The notes: generated by a model from the letters alone, not told the origin. Counted from the stretch's first letter, positions 30,571 to 42,946 are shown. The stretch is 64,000 nt of DNA from an uncultured bacterium (GCA_963793725.1 CAWCAY010000002.1:183196-247195); one strand, 5' to 3'. Translations and numbers: made by a program.

Positions 30571-32915
30571 TTATGGGATCCCCCATATCCTCACCGTCGC
30601 GTCCGCAGAACCCGAGGCGAGGAGGGATCCGTCCAGGGAGAACGCCACGGTGGTCACGTCGCCCTTGTGCCCCGCCAGGGTGCAGAGGAGTGTTCCATCC
30701 GGCCGCCAGAGCCGCACTGGAATCATCCCGGGCGCCCGTGGCCAGCAAGGTACCGCTCGGGGAAAAGGCCACACTGGTCGCCTCTTCCTCGTGTCCGGTC
30801 AGCTTGCGTAGGAGTGTCCCGTCCTCAACCCGCCATAGCCAGACCGCTCGGTCACCCGGGGTCGAAGCCAATAGGGAGCCATCCGGGGAGAAGGCGATAC
30901 CGGTCACGTCCCGGTAATGTCTGAGCGTCTCGAGGAGGGCCCCGTCCGAGACCCGCCACAACCTGACGGCATTATCCCGTGACCCTACCGCCAACAGGGT
31001 TCCGTCCGGGGAAAAGGCGACGCAGGTTGCGGCCAAAAAAGGTCTCCTGAAGGTGCGCAAGACCATCCCCTCACTGACCTGCCATAACCGGACGGTACCG
31101 TCGGCGGCGCCGGACGCCAGCAAGGTGCCGCTCGGGGAGAAGGCCAGACAGGTTACTTCCCTGGTATGGCCCTGCATTTCCCGGGGGAACCACCCCCCTC
31201 CATGCGCCAAACGTGAACCGCCCCTCCCTTCTCTCCCAGAGCGAAAAGGGATCCCTCGGGTGAGAAAGCGATACTAGTTCCGGGGCGGGTGAGAATGGGC
31301 GTGCCCGTTGCCAACGACCACAACTGAGCGTTACCATCAGCCAGCCGGCAGCCGAGGATCGCCCCCCGCGGGCCAAAGAGCAACTTGACCACGGCCGCGG
31401 CATATCCGGTCAGGGTGCGCCGCATTGCCAGGCGCCCGGCATTATCCGCGGTGATAGTGACGGGCAATGGCGGCTTTGTCGGTGACCCACCAGGATCGTG
31501 TACAACTTTGGGCTTGGGAACGGGCGTTTTCTCCTGGCCTACGGTGGGGCGGGGCCGGACGGTGGTTCGTGCTGGCGCCACGGAAGGCGTTGCCCCCACT
31601 GGCGTTGCTACGGGCCTTGGCGTGGGGGGCTCCGTTTTCCGTGCCGGTGGGCTAGCGCCGGGAGCCGGTGTCACACGCGGGCCGTGCACCGCCAGAACTT
31701 GGGTGGATGATGGTTCATCGCGCATGGTGGATTCTGGATGGAAGACTCTCCATGCCGCGGTTACGCCACACACGAGAGCCAGGGCGAGCAATGCGGTCCA
31801 TAGATAACGGATGCGGCGGGGCGGCGTCCCCGACACCCCGGTGCCCGTATCATGGGTCTTACGTCGGTCATGTGACAAGGCCATCGGAGCAACGGCGGAA
31901 ATGCTCCCGATGAGTCGCCCTGCTCCGCATCGCGGGCAGTTACGGAGGTGGCTGGAGAAATAGTGCCCCTTGCCGCATGTAACGAGGGCCTGTTCCGCCT
32001 GCTCCAATGCATGCTCCCAATCCCCGGGCGACGGACGTTGTGCCGGATTCCTGTACCCCGCCACGAAGCACTGGAGGACCAACTCGGCGAGCAGGGGATG
32101 GAGTTCACGCAGTGAGGGTGCGTCCGGAGGGAGGGAGGTAACCGAATGCCGGCTCCGAACGTAGGGAAAAGACCCATTGGAAATCTTCTCCTCGATGGTC
32201 GGCGGCTCCCCCTCCCCCAACCATCGGCAGCGATAGGGATGGTTCCCCTCCATAAGCAACTGAAAGATTAGAACGCCCAGGGCAAAACAGTCGTGTTCCG
32301 GACGGCGGAGGACGTCCCTGAAATCCTTCCCCTGCAATTCCGGCGGAGTGTACTCCGGCTTACCGACCGGACACGGGTAGACAACGATCTGTGCCTGCCC
32401 GTGTTCCTGCACCTGGAACGAGTCATTGTCGATTAGTGTGATTAGGGCGGCCGGGGTGACCAATACATTGCTCTCGTTGAGGTCACCTACCACATAGTCG
32501 CGGGCGTGGAGAGCCCCGAGGGCGATGGACAGGTTTCGTGCCGCGCGTTGCAGGTACACACGGTTAAAGCCGGGCAGCGTTTGTTCACGCAAACGCGGAT
32601 TGAAGACCTCCAGCATCAAGACGGCGTTCCTGATGCGCGGCATGAGGTAACCCACAAAACGGCCATTCTCATCGTAGAGTAGATCATCAGGCCAGGCCAA
32701 TGAGGGATGTCCTTCGGCGCGTGTGGGATCGGCCGCGGGATTGTTCCACATCCAGGCGAGTTTCCCCTCGTAGCCGGGAGCCGGCATGGGGGTATAGATC
32801 TTGGCCAGAGCGGACGGGCGGCCCTGCACTTCGTAGATGACCGCCTCGCCCCCCTGGGCGATCTCCACGCCCAGGCGGAGTTGCTTGTGCGCGGAATCAT
32901 ACAAGAGCATCATCA
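30571..32915 (-). CDS. YegI-like Ser/Thr kinase with Zn ribbon, TM helix, Pro/Thr linker and WD40 repeats (frameshifted)
   Basis: GGEA..Y, AKIY, GDLNESNVLV, IDNDSF and YTPPELQ; C..GH/CPRC; repeated GH..VT.VAFSP.G.LLASG..D..VRLW. Confidence 0.8.
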
Positions 32916-33742
32916 TCACCCGCCCCCCGTTCCCCGTGCCGGTCGGATTTTCCGTGCAGAGAACTCCAACCGCGGGGATTGCCCGTGCGGGCGGCAACGA
33001 CAAGCGTTTTGTCGTCGTCGGTACGCGCGCAAACCCGGTCTGAGGCCAGGAAGGCGGCCAATTGGTCGCGCGCGGCCCTCTCATCCCCAGCCTCGGCCGC
33101 GAAAGCGATCAGCGGCTCGAAGAACGGGAGATGCGGACGGTAACCGGGGAGTTCCATCGCCAGACGCAGGAGGCCATCCGTCGTGACCGCCAAGGCCTGC
33201 ACCGGCTGATGGTAGGTATCTACCACGATATGGTTGAGCGCGTCGGGCATGGTCAAGAAGAAGGATTCATTGGCATACTCCCCCTGATGGGGACGGGCAA
33301 CCACGTGCCATGCCCCCACGGTGTTCTTGACGACCGCCGCCCCGTCACCAATCTGCCCCACGGCAAGCCGGTCGGTGCAAGCCACGAGGCAGGTCAAGGT
33401 GGTGGCAAATGCTGAAATGGGGACATCTTCCCTCCGTGCCAGGCGCGCCAGGGCATCGCGGGCTCCCAGGAACGCCCCGACGATTGCCGTCCGCCAATCG
33501 CCCGCTTCCCGGGGCGAACGCACCTTGAGTTCGGCCGCCAGTCCCGCGATGACACGATCCACGGCCAGTCCGGCTCCTTCGTGAGAGCGGCAGGCCGAAC
33601 CGGCGCCATCGGCCACGGCGACCAGGAGATCCCCCTGCGGGAGCACCCGATACAGGTGGGCATCCTGGCAGAGTGCATCTGCTTCCTGATGCGCCGATCC
33701 CTGCACTGATGCCCCCATCACATGCCACGCCAGGCTCATCAT
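32897..33742 (-). CDS. PP2C-family (YegK/PphC-like) phosphatase
   Basis: GASVQG.AH..CQDA, AVADGAGS, IGDG, GEYANE, TDGL and DDDKTL motifs. Confidence 0.9.
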   Translation of the reverse strand: MMSLAWHVMGASVQGSAHQEADALCQDAHLYRVLPQGDLLVAVADGAGSACRSHEGAGLAVDRVIAGLAAELKVRSPREAGDWRTAIVGAFLGARDALARLARREDVPISAFATTLTCLVACTDRLAVGQIGDGAAVVKNTVGAWHVVARPHQGEYANESFFLTMPDALNHIVVDTYHQPVQALAVTTDGLLRLAMELPGYRPHLPFFEPLIAFAAEAGDERAARDQLAAFLASDRVCARTDDDKTLVVAARTGNPRGWSSLHGKSDRHGERGAGDDDALV

Positions 33743-33757
33743 CCTCGTTTCTCCATA

Positions 33758-34486
33758 TTACTCCTGCAGCATTCGCCCTATTTCGCCCAGACCGTCCAAG
33801 GGCGGAAGCGGTACTTGAATGCCGGGACGCGACCGTGCCACCGCCGACAGGCTCTTGGAAAGCCATTGGAATAGCTCCCTGAAGGCCAGTCCGTTAAGCT
33901 TAAGGGGGGCGCATTCCCTCGAAAAACGTGACAAAGTCCGCATATCGGCCCCCTCAACGCCCACGGCATAGAGGAGTAGGGTCTTCCTGGCCTGTTCCTC
34001 CACGACCTCTTCGACCGCCGCCTCCCAGCCATGATCGGTCGGCCTGCCGTCGGTGATCAGGAAGATCCATGGCCGGAAGTAATCGATACCGTTTTGTTTG
34101 TAGATCTCCTTCCGCTCGCGAAGCAAAATGATGGCTCTATGCAAGGCCTCGCCCATCGGGGTTTCCCCGGCCGCATCGAGGACCGGGGGGGTGAATCAAT
34201 CCACCGTCGTGAACACCTGCTTGGCGTCGAAGGGCAATTCGCGTCCTTCTCCTCCACGGACGTCCAACATGCGCACTGAGCCGCCGAAAGCCATGATCGC
34301 CACTTCAACACGGAGCGAGGCCAGGCGGTCCGCCTTCAGCGCCTTCGCCAGCTCCTGCAGACCGTCGTTCAATTGCCGAAGGCGTTCACCCTGCATGGAC
34401 GTTGATGTATCAATGAGCATAACTACCGCGCAGCGTGGTTCGGGGTTTTCGGCGAACTCGATTTGGTCCAGTCGACGGCGTGCCAT
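33758..34486 (-). CDS. TerY/YegL-like vWA protein (frameshift at the G-run near 34190)
   Basis: ENPEPRC, DTSTSM (MIDAS), TPMG.A, YFRPWIFLITDG.PTD and FQWLS.SL motifs. Confidence 0.9.
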
Positions 34487-34784
34487 GTTGTTGCCTCCTT
34501 CGTACACCATGTACTTATGCGGTTAGCGTCTTATTGACCCTGGACGCACAAATGCTGGTGTCAACAGCCCATAGGTACCACCATATCCAGTGCCGCGTTG
34601 CACTAATCGAAGGGGATCCCGGGCCAAGCCATCTTCTAGAATATCGGAAGGTCGGAACCCCTACTTAAAGGATTCGCCCCCCGGGACGCTTTTGCCTCCT
34701 TACGGATCGTCTTATGGCCCCCCGGCACACATGAACATATCATAGCTTAGCAGTCCGGACATATGGCACGACCAAAATCATGGG

Positions 34785-36230
34785 GTGATAGCTTTGGTTC
34801 TGATACACACAGTCACTCCCGGAGAGACCCTTTTCACCATCGCCGCCCGGTATGGGGTCACCGTGGCGTCCCTGATCGAGGCCAACCGGCCGCCCAATCC
34901 GGAGAACCTCGTGGTCGGCCAGGCCCTGATCATACCGACGACGGACCTGACCTATGCCGTCCGCCAAGGCGAGACCCTCTTTCTCATCGCGCAGGTCTTC
35001 GGCCTAACGGTGTCTCAGATTGCGGCGGCCAACAACATCGCCAATCCCAATCTGATCTTCCCCGGGCAAGTTCTGCGCATCCCCGGCTGGGAAGCAGTGG
35101 TCTACACGGTGGCTCCCGGCGACACTCTCTTCAGGATCGCCCAGTTCTTTGGTATACCGCTGGATCTGATTCTCAGGGTAAACATCATCCCCGATCCCAA
35201 CGCGATCTCGGTTGGACAGCGGATCGTCATCCCGCTGCGCAGTGTGGAACGGCGTCCGATCGCGACCAATGGCTTCATCCTCCCGGCCAGCCTTGCCACG
35301 GCCCGCCGCATCCTGGCTCCCATCGGTCCCTTGCTCACGTACGTCTCGATCTTCGATTTCCCCGTCGACGGCCAGGGAGGCATCATCGTACCGAATTTCG
35401 CCCCATCGTCCAGGCCGCTACGGAACAACGGATCGCCTCCCTGGCGGTCCTGACGAACTTCACCGGCGGCAACTTCTCGCCGGAGTTGGCCCGATCCGTC
35501 CTGGCCAATCCGACGGTCAGGGGCCGTACCATCGACCGCTATCTGGAAATCATCAGGGGAAATGGCTTCGCCGGCGCCATGGTCGATTTTGAGAACATGT
35601 TCCCGGCCGACCGGCCTCTCTACACCGAGTTCATCGCCGTGCTGAGCGCCCGCCTCCGAGCTTTGGGGCTCGTCTCGTCCATCGCGGTCGCGCCGAAATG
35701 GGCCGACTTCCCGAACGCCCCCTGGGTTGGTGCTTTCGATTATGCGGCCCTGGGACGATCGGTGGATTTCATCTTCATCATGACTTACGAGTGGGGCTGG
35801 GTCGGGGGTCCGCCCCAACCGGTCGCCCCCGTCAACCTTGTCCGCCGGGTCCTTGAATATGCCACGAGTCTCGTGCCCTCCAGCCGGATCATGCAGGGCC
35901 TCCCCCTCTACGGCTATGACTGGCCGTTGCCGGATCTGCCGGAGACGCTGGCCGCGACAGTGGATCCCCAACAGGCGATCGCACTGGCCGCGACCTTTGG
36001 CGCCGTCATCTCTTACGATCCCGTCGCGCAGACTCCGACTTTTACCTATACCGACGCGACCGGCCAGGCGCCACGAGGTCTGGTTCGAGGACGCCCGTTC
36101 CGTGCGCGCCAAATATCAGGCGACCAGGGACTTTAACTTGCTGGGAGCCGGCTATTGGCAGCTGTTCAATGACTTCCCGCAGAACTGGGTGGTGCTGAAC
36201 GAGCTTTTTACCGTGGTGAAGAGGTTATAA
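34785..36230 (+). CDS. 3xLysM + GH18 spore cortex hydrolase (YaaH/SleL/YdhD-like), two frameshifts
   Basis: Three LysM repeats; VDFE, IMTYEWGW and WFED..S..AK motifs. Confidence 0.9.
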
Positions 36231-36237
36231 GGCCGGT

Positions 36238-36432
36238 ATGGAGTCGACCGGCCACCTCAAGCAGGCGTTGATCCAGATGCGTAACCAGTGCGAACAGTCT
36301 CAGGATCGGCTTGGGCAGATGGCGATCGCCAAAGGCTGGTATCTACCGGCGGCTGAAGCCAACCATCAGGACGTCCAAACGGTGGCCAACTTCCATAACG
36401 CCCCGGTATCTCAACCCACGTTGCGGATCTAA
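36238..36432 (+). CDS. Coat F-like spore coat protein, apparently only the C-terminal half
   Basis: ES...L+Q.L.Q.RNQ.E..Q......KGWY.P pattern; no RBS seen. Confidence 0.5.
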   Translation: MESTGHLKQALIQMRNQCEQSQDRLGQMAIAKGWYLPAAEANHQDVQTVANFHNAPVSQPTLRI

Positions 36433-36441
36433 TGGGTAAAT

Positions 36442-36468
36442 GAAAGGGGGCTCCTTGGAGCCCCCCTG
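36442..36468. terminator. Hairpin terminator
   Basis: GGGGGCTCC-TT-GGAGCCCCC. Confidence 0.6.
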
Positions 36469-36469
36469 A

Positions 36470-36618
36470 GAAAGAGCGACGAAAAATGGGCTACTCTCGC
36501 AAAATAACCGCCAAGAAGAGCACCAATAAACGCGAGCCACGGGGCGTCTCTGTGAATCCCTTGCGTCCTTGGCGTCTTGGCGCGACGATGTGATCTCCGC
36601 GGTACATACACGCCCTTA
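36470..36618. mobile_element. Degenerate MITE-like cassette abutting the paaK stop codon
   Basis: GAAAGAGCGACGAAAAA..TACTCTCGCAAA..CGCCAAGAAG...TTGCGTCCTTGGCGTCTTGGCGCG; aligns by eye to 63031-63180. Confidence 0.6.
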
Positions 36619-37923
36619 GATCTTGCGTTTGTCGATCACGCGTTTGGCCTTGCCCATGCTCCTCTCGATGCTCTTTGGTTCCACGAGGCGGACCTTGACG
36701 CCGATCCCGAGCAGGGTCTCGATGCGATCCTCGATGCGCTGCGTCAATTCCCCGAGGACCCTCAGACTGCCGACGAAGTAACGTTCCGGCACCTCCACGA
36801 GCACTTCGAGCGAGTCCAGGTAATCCACCCGATCCACGATCAATTGGTAGTGGGGCTCAACTTCCTCCATCTCCATGAGAACGCTCTCGATCTGCGACGG
36901 GAAGACATTGACCCCCCTGATGATTAGCATGTCGTCGGTACGGCCCAGTACCTTACGCATGCGTACGGTCGTTCGGCCGCAGGGACACGGGGAATAATCG
37001 AGGGACGTGATGTCCCTCGTCCGGTAACGCAGGATGGGCAAGGCCTCCTTGGTCAACGCCGTGAGAACCAACTCGCCCTCTTCACCCGGCCCCTTGACCT
37101 CCCCGGTTATCGGGTCGATGATTTCCGGGATGAAATGGTCCTCGGCAATGTGTTGGCCGTCACAGTGCGTGCATTCGCCGGCCACGCCCGGCCCGATTAT
37201 CTCCGAGAGCCCGTAATTGTCGGTGGCCAGGATCCCCCAGGCTTTGGCGATCTCGCGGCGCATGCTCTCGGACCATGGTTCGGCGCCAAAGAGACCGACG
37301 CGCAGCTTGAGATCCCCCGGCTTGAACCCCATCTCGCGGGCCACCTCCGCCATGTACAGCGCGTAGGATGGCGTGGAAACGAGCGCGGTCGTGCCGAAAT
37401 CCTTCATGATCCTGATCTGCCGTTCGGTGTTGCCGCTGGACACCGGGATGACCGTTGCGCCTATTCTCTCCATGCCGTAGTGCAGGCCGAACCCCCCGGT
37501 AAATAGGCCATAGCCGAAGGAGATCTGCACAACGTCGTCCGCGGTCACACCAGCGGCGGTAATGAAACGTGCCACCAGATGCGCCCAGGTTTCGAGGTCG
37601 CGCTTGGTGTAGCCGACCACCGTCGGGATACCCGTGGTCCCGGAGGACGAATGGACGCGGACGATCTCGCGCATCGGCACGGCAAACATCCCATAAGGGT
37701 AGTTATCGCGCAGATCGTCCTTGACCGTGAAAGGTAGCCTGACCAGGTCATTCAGTGTCCGGATACTTACTGGTTCAATCCCCGCCTTGTCAAACCGCCC
37801 GCGGTAAAAGGGCACACGCTCGTATGCCATGGCCACGGCCGCCTGCAGCCTTTTGCACTGCAGGTCGGCCATGGATGAACGGTCCAGACACTCAAAATCG
37901 GGGTCCCAGATTGAGACGGCCAT
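36616..37923 (-). CDS. paaK: Phenylacetate-CoA ligase family
   Basis: [28 protein letters not shown] and [11 protein letters not shown] motifs. Confidence 0.9.
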   Translation of the reverse strand: MAVSIWDPDFECLDRSSMADLQCKRLQAAVAMAYERVPFYRGRFDKAGIEPVSIRTLNDLVRLPFTVKDDLRDNYPYGMFAVPMREIVRVHSSSGTTGIPTVVGYTKRDLETWAHLVARFITAAGVTADDVVQISFGYGLFTGGFGLHYGMERIGATVIPVSSGNTERQIRIMKDFGTTALVSTPSYALYMAEVAREMGFKPGDLKLRVGLFGAEPWSESMRREIAKAWGILATDNYGLSEIIGPGVAGECTHCDGQHIAEDHFIPEIIDPITGEVKGPGEEGELVLTALTKEALPILRYRTRDITSLDYSPCPCGRTTVRMRKVLGRTDDMLIIRGVNVFPSQIESVLMEMEEVEPHYQLIVDRVDYLDSLEVLVEVPERYFVGSLRVLGELTQRIEDRIETLLGIGVKVRLVEPKSIERSMGKAKRVIDKRKI

Positions 37924-37950
37924 TTCTCTTACTCCTTCCTGAATCCGTGA

Positions 37951-39640
37951 CTACCGATTTGTACCAGGCAAAGCCCTGGTCACATCGCAAATGCCGATCT
38001 CGTATTTTGCCTGGCAGTTCAATGATGTCACGGATTCAGGTCCTTGGTTGCCGCGGTGGCGGCGAATGCCTTGTCGACCAAAGCCTTCTGGGGTACTGGC
38101 CGTCACCAGACTGACCAGCGCCACGACCAATAGGGAGGCCGCCATGGCCAACGTGCCGTACATGGGGGCGTCCGCCTTGGTCACACCGAAGTACCCGTAC
38201 GTGGCGCCAACGTAGCTGTATAAGGAGACGCACACGCCGATGACCATACCCGCCCAAACGGCCGGCCTGGTTACACGCTTCCAGAAGAGCCCCAGGACGT
38301 AGGGACCGAGGAAGGCGCCGGCAATGGTGCCCCAGGAATAAGACATCAGAGCCACGAGGAAGCTCGGGCCGCGCCAGGCCAGGTAGACCGAGAGCGCAAC
38401 GAAGACAACACAGAGGCCGCGCATGACCGCCATACTGGTGCGCTTCGTGATCCCGGGCCAGAGTGCGCCCTGCAAAAGGTCGATGGTAATAGCGGAACTG
38501 GAGACCAGTACCAGGGATGACACGGTGGACATGGTGGCCGAGAGCACGAGGATCAGGATAATCAAAAGAAGGAGTTTCGGGCAGGGTCCTCTTGAGCACC
38601 TGCGGGATAATCATCGTGTTCCCGTATTTCACGGGGTCCTGATTCTTCTCCGCGTCGTTTTTCATGCCCAGGTTGACGAGGGCACGGGCCTCGAGCGGAT
38701 CCGTCTGGGCCGCGGCGTAGTTCGGCGCCGTGGCGAACTGCTTATTCTCTTGAACCAGTGCCGGCCCGAAGAGGGATGTTGTCGATCCTACCAGGTAGGC
38801 CGCTCCGGCGATGACCAAACAAAAAATCGTCCCGATTACCATGGCGCGAAGGATCATTTTCTCGCTCTTGATCGCGTAAAACTTCTGCACCATCTGTGGC
38901 ATGCCCCAGACGCCGAAACTCGTCAGCGTGACGAGCCAGAGCACTTTTGGCATCGAGGCGGGGAACACTTTGACCAGCTCCGGAGAGATCCTGGCCAATC
39001 GGGGCAGGAACTGGCCAAATCCGCCGACGACCGGCGACCTAAAGACGAAACCGACCATGAGGACCGCACCGACCAGCATCACGAGGCCCTGGACAAAGTC
39101 GGTCAATGTAACCGCGAAATACCCTCCGAGGACAAGGTAGAAGGTGGTCAACGCCGCCATGCCGATCAGAGCGTAGAGGTATTCGATCCCGAAGATGGCC
39201 TGGAAAAGGTAGCTGAGGCCGGTATAGGCCGCGGCGGAATAGGGGATGAGGAAGATGAAGATAATCAAGGCACTCACGATCTTGAGGGCTTTGGAACCGT
39301 AGCGCGCCTCAAGAAACTCAGGCATGGTCATGACGCCCAATTGCCCCGTCATGATTCGCGTACGGCGACCGAGGACCAGCCATGGTAGGAGGCAGCCGAT
39401 AAAGGCGTTGCCGAGAGCGACCCAGAGAACCGGCAGGCCGAACGACCACCCCTGGCCACCCGCGTAACCAATGAAAAGAACCGCCGAAAAATAGGTCGTC
39501 CCGTAGGCAAAAGCGGAGATCCACGGACCGACCGTGCGGTTCCCCAGGAAGAAATCCTGAATGGTCTTGGTCTTGAGAGATGTTGTGATGCCGATCGCGA
39601 CCATGATCGCCACATAGACACCGAGCACAAAATAAAGCAT
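37951..39640 (-). CDS. Sodium:solute symporter (frameshift near 38575)
   Basis: FFLGNR.VGPW, GTTYFSAV.FIG.AG, WGMPQMVQKFY and SATMST motifs. Confidence 0.9.
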
Positions 39641-39924
39641 TTCGTCTCCCCCCGTCCTTCCATTCTACTGAACCCGATGGCCTGTGATCCTGTTTCTCCG
39701 CTTCCGGCGCACCGGTACGGGAGACCACCCTACCCGTCCTGCAAGAGTTCCCGCCCACGACAAGCGGAGCGAATCACCTCTCGTCATTGGCCGCCTTACG
39801 GGAATAAGCCCGTGGGTTAAGTGCGCCAAGATCAGGCCGGGCGCAAGTCGAATCAGTATTCGGCAGAAAAGGCCAAGATCCTTCTGCCAACCCCCGAAAA
39901 CCGACCTTTTTGGCGCCCGGTAAC

Positions 39925-39956
39925 AAAAAGCCCTCCATCGATTTGGTGGAGGGCTG
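39925..39956 (-). terminator. Terminator downstream of the tRNA
   Basis: AGCCCTCCA-loop-TGGAGGGCTTTTT on the minus strand. Confidence 0.75.
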
Positions 39957-40001
39957 TGGCCGGGTCAAATACCATATGTCTGGACTCTGAAGTTGCATTA
40001 T

Positions 40002-40076
40002 TGGTGCGCCCGGCAGGAATCGAACCTGCGCCCCCGGCTCCGGAGGCCGATGCTCTATCCGCTGAGCTACGGGCGC
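40002..40076 (-). tRNA. tRNA-Arg(CCG)
   Basis: GCGCCCGTAGCTCAGCGGATAGAGCA..CT-CCG-GA..GGTTCGATTCC..GGGCGCACCA; cloverleaf with encoded CCA. Confidence 0.95.
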
Positions 40077-40162
40077 CCTAATCTCATTGTTATTGTACAC
40101 TAATCCGGGTCAACGGGCAACCCCCAGTCTTCGTCCTTTTCGGATTTTATTGGATCGGACGG

Positions 40163-41147
40163 TCATTCCATCACTCTCACAAAGAGGTGGTATTCGACGG
40201 TCAAACCCGGGTGGCCGGGGGGCACCTGAAAAGTCCAGACAATCCGCTGGTCATCGTAGCCCATGATCACGTGGACATCGTCGTCCAGGCCGAGGCGGCC
40301 GAAATAGTCGTATGTCACGTCCTTCCGGCCATCCACGGTATAAGTGAAGGTGGGATCGACCGGGATCCAGCCATACCCGGAGAGGAAGACCTCGTTCCAT
40401 ATATGCCGTGTATCGTCAGCCATAAACTCCCCCGCCGACAGTTCCCGTTTCCCCAGGCGCAGTCCGTATACCAATCGTGCTGGAATCCCGGACGCCCTAC
40501 ATAGGGCGGCAAACAGCCGCGCGTACGCCTCACAACTGCCCCTGCGCCGCTGCAAAGCGGCGACGGCCGAGACCTTCCCGGCGGTCGCATCGTAAGTGAG
40601 GACGCGGTTGGCGGCGGCATACAGGGATTTGGCGCGGAAAACGGGGTCTCTTCGACTGCCTTCATTCTCCCGCGCAAAGGCGATAATCTCCGGAGCGCCG
40701 GACTCTATTCCCTCGGTGGGCTTGAGGTACGTCCGCACGGATGGCGGTAGATCAGGCCATACACGGCGGGGAATCCGCGCCAACCGGTAGGTAATCGGCA
40801 TCACTTCACAGCCATAAGTCAGACTGAACTCGGCCCTGCTACGTGCGGCCATCGTTGCTATGGACACTACGCCTTGGCCCTGGCCGTTGGACGAGAAACG
40901 CGCGGGTCCGGTGAAGGCGGGCCCGGTGAGGACGCGCTGATACTCGGGTAGGTCCCGTTCAGCGGGGATCGACAGGGTGATCTTGATGTCCCTGGCCGCC
41001 TGGGCCTGATTGATGACCACCGTGCTGAAGCGGAGGGCAACCTGCCGCGGCCAGCCCCAGTACAACTCCGCTCTCCATCCGCGCCGTCATCACCAGGCCC
41101 GCCGCCATGATGAGGACCGGCACCAGAACCGGCCTTCCTCGTCGCAT
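40163..41147 (-). CDS. Exported transglutaminase-like protein (frameshift near the N-terminus)
   Basis: GSCEAYA..ALCRASGIPAR, HIWNEV and WIPVDPT (Cys-His-Asp triad). Confidence 0.85.
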
Positions 41148-41267
41148 GAAACCGACCTCCAAAAGAAGTACTTTGCACTGGAGGTCCTCTTTTCCTGCCG
41201 ACAAAGAAAGACATCCCTTGACGGGATGTCATTATGCATCCGGACGCCGGTAGCTCGCCCGGGACGT

Positions 41268-41784
41268 AGCTATATATGCCGCACCTGCAACGGGACCGAA
41301 AGCACCCGCCGGGCCCCGATCGGCGTCCACTGGTACGAAAGGCGTTCGTCGCCCCAAAGAACGTATCCTTGGTCGAGGGCGCGGTATCCAGGAAGAACAC
41401 CCCCGGCGGCGGATCGAACAACCTCGCGGTGATGGCCAGCACCGCTGTCTGTCTCAAGGTGGTCGGATTGATCAGGATGAAGCTCAGGAACTCTATGACC
41501 GGTTCAAGTTGACAGGGCGTACCCTCAATCGCGCCGGGAAAATCGATGAATCCGCTGAAGGGGACATCCTCCGCTTGGTGGCGGACGATGCCCGTCGTGT
41601 CAACGAAGAAGATCTGCTTGTGCAAGGTGCCCTGAAAAATTACCTTATTGGTAATTACCGTGCAATGCAGGTCGACCACCGAAGCGACGATCTCATCGAT
41701 CTTTATGGCTGGTACACCCAGGATAACCGTGCTCGCTACTAGGGTTTGGGTCGTTACCTCCCCCAGAAGCCCCTGATTGTTCAT
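41268..41784 (-). CDS. SPOCS (DUF3794/SipL-like) spore coat protein; 3' end uncertain
   Basis: NKVIFQGTLHKQIFFV..DVPFSGFI motif; upstream ACA..CATAGGAT promoter-like site. Confidence 0.75.
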
Positions 41785-42048
41785 AATCTCCCCCCCGCGG
41801 TCTTGGTAGTGCGCCTGATTCCGTGAAATCATTGAGCCACCAGGCAAAATACGGGGGTTTGCATTGGTGTTTTACCTGGTACGAATCTGGTATTCACTGA
41901 TCAGGTAGTACATCCTATGTGCGTCCCAACCCTGTGCCGCCGGGCTCAAGGCAGGGGTCACGATCGCGAGGCGGAGGTATCAAGCGGGCCACGTTCGGGC
42001 AGATTTACCTGCGTAATCCCCGGCTAATCTCCCAGGGAGGCACAAGGC

Positions 42049-42237
42049 ATGGAACGCGGCGACCAGATTGAGGCCATCGTCGATTTCGTCCACCGACACC
42101 CGGAATCACTGGCAAGTCAGGTAATCCGGCGTGAAACCACCGGGTTCAGACAGGCCCCGGCGGAACAGGTCCTCCAGGACAAGCTGGGCGAACTGGACGA
42201 GGAGACGCTGACAGGTTACTACTACCTCGTAAGGTGA
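42049..42237 (+). CDS. Hypothetical 62-aa protein
   Basis: GGGAGG RBS before ATG; fills the intergenic gap. Confidence 0.55.
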   Translation: MERGDQIEAIVDFVHRHPESLASQVIRRETTGFRQAPAEQVLQDKLGELDEETLTGYYYLVR

Positions 42238-42248
42238 GCCGGAGTTTT

Positions 42249-42812
42249 CTATTTGCCGACCCGTTTGAGATAGGCGCCGGATCGTGTATCGACCTGGATC
42301 ACGTCGCCGACATTCACAAAGATCGGCACATTGACCACGGCGCCCGTCTCCACGGTGGCTGGTTTGGCGCCGCCTGTCGCCGTGTCTCCCTTGTAGCCGG
42401 GAGACGTGTCCGCCACGGCCAATTCCACCGTGTTCGGGAGGGTAACGCCGATCGCCTCGCCTTGGTACATCTGCACCTCGACGATGGTGTTCTCTTTGAG
42501 ATATTTCACGGCATCACCCATCTTCTCCGTGGTTAGGGTGATCTGGTCGTAGGATTCGGTATCCATGAGGACAAAGTCCTCCTCCGCCCGGTACAGGAAC
42601 TGCATATCGCGTATCTCGACCCGGGCCAGGCTGACCTTTTCCCCGGCGTTGAAGGTCCGCTCAACAGTATATCCCGTTCGGACGTTGCGCAGTTTGGTCC
42701 GGACAAAGGCCGCCCCTTTACCGGGCTTGACGTGCATGAAGTCGACCACGGCATAGAGATCCCCGTCGATCTCGACCGTCAGTCCTGTGCGAAAGTCATT
42801 GACGGAAACCAT
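42249..42812 (-). CDS. efp: Elongation factor P
   Basis: [14 protein letters not shown] and GDTATGG.KPA motifs. Confidence 0.98.
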   Translation of the reverse strand: MVSVNDFRTGLTVEIDGDLYAVVDFMHVKPGKGAAFVRTKLRNVRTGYTVERTFNAGEKVSLARVEIRDMQFLYRAEEDFVLMDTESYDQITLTTEKMGDAVKYLKENTIVEVQMYQGEAIGVTLPNTVELAVADTSPGYKGDTATGGAKPATVETGAVVNVPIFVNVGDVIQVDTRSGAYLKRVGK

Positions 42813-42946
42813 CAGGACCCTCCCTCTCCACATCCAGTGCCGGGAATATTCTACCACACCTGTCCCAGTTCTGTCGATAATGGGCTGGCAGAGTCCAAGA
42901 TCGGCGCGCCGGGCCGAGACCGGGCAGAGCCTCAAACCGACCTCGT

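Noticed and set aside
29639-31210. WD40-homocysteine methyltransferase fusion (523-aa ORF)
   Set aside because: The last WD40 repeat ends in another frame at 30571, and the methyltransferase has its own GGAGG RBS and ATG at 30544.
39641-40076. tRNA-anchored genomic island, or a riboswitch upstream of the symporter
   Set aside because: No integrase, no duplicated tRNA 3' end and no recognisable aptamer; only the tRNA terminator is evident. An Rfam scan would be needed to exclude a riboswitch.
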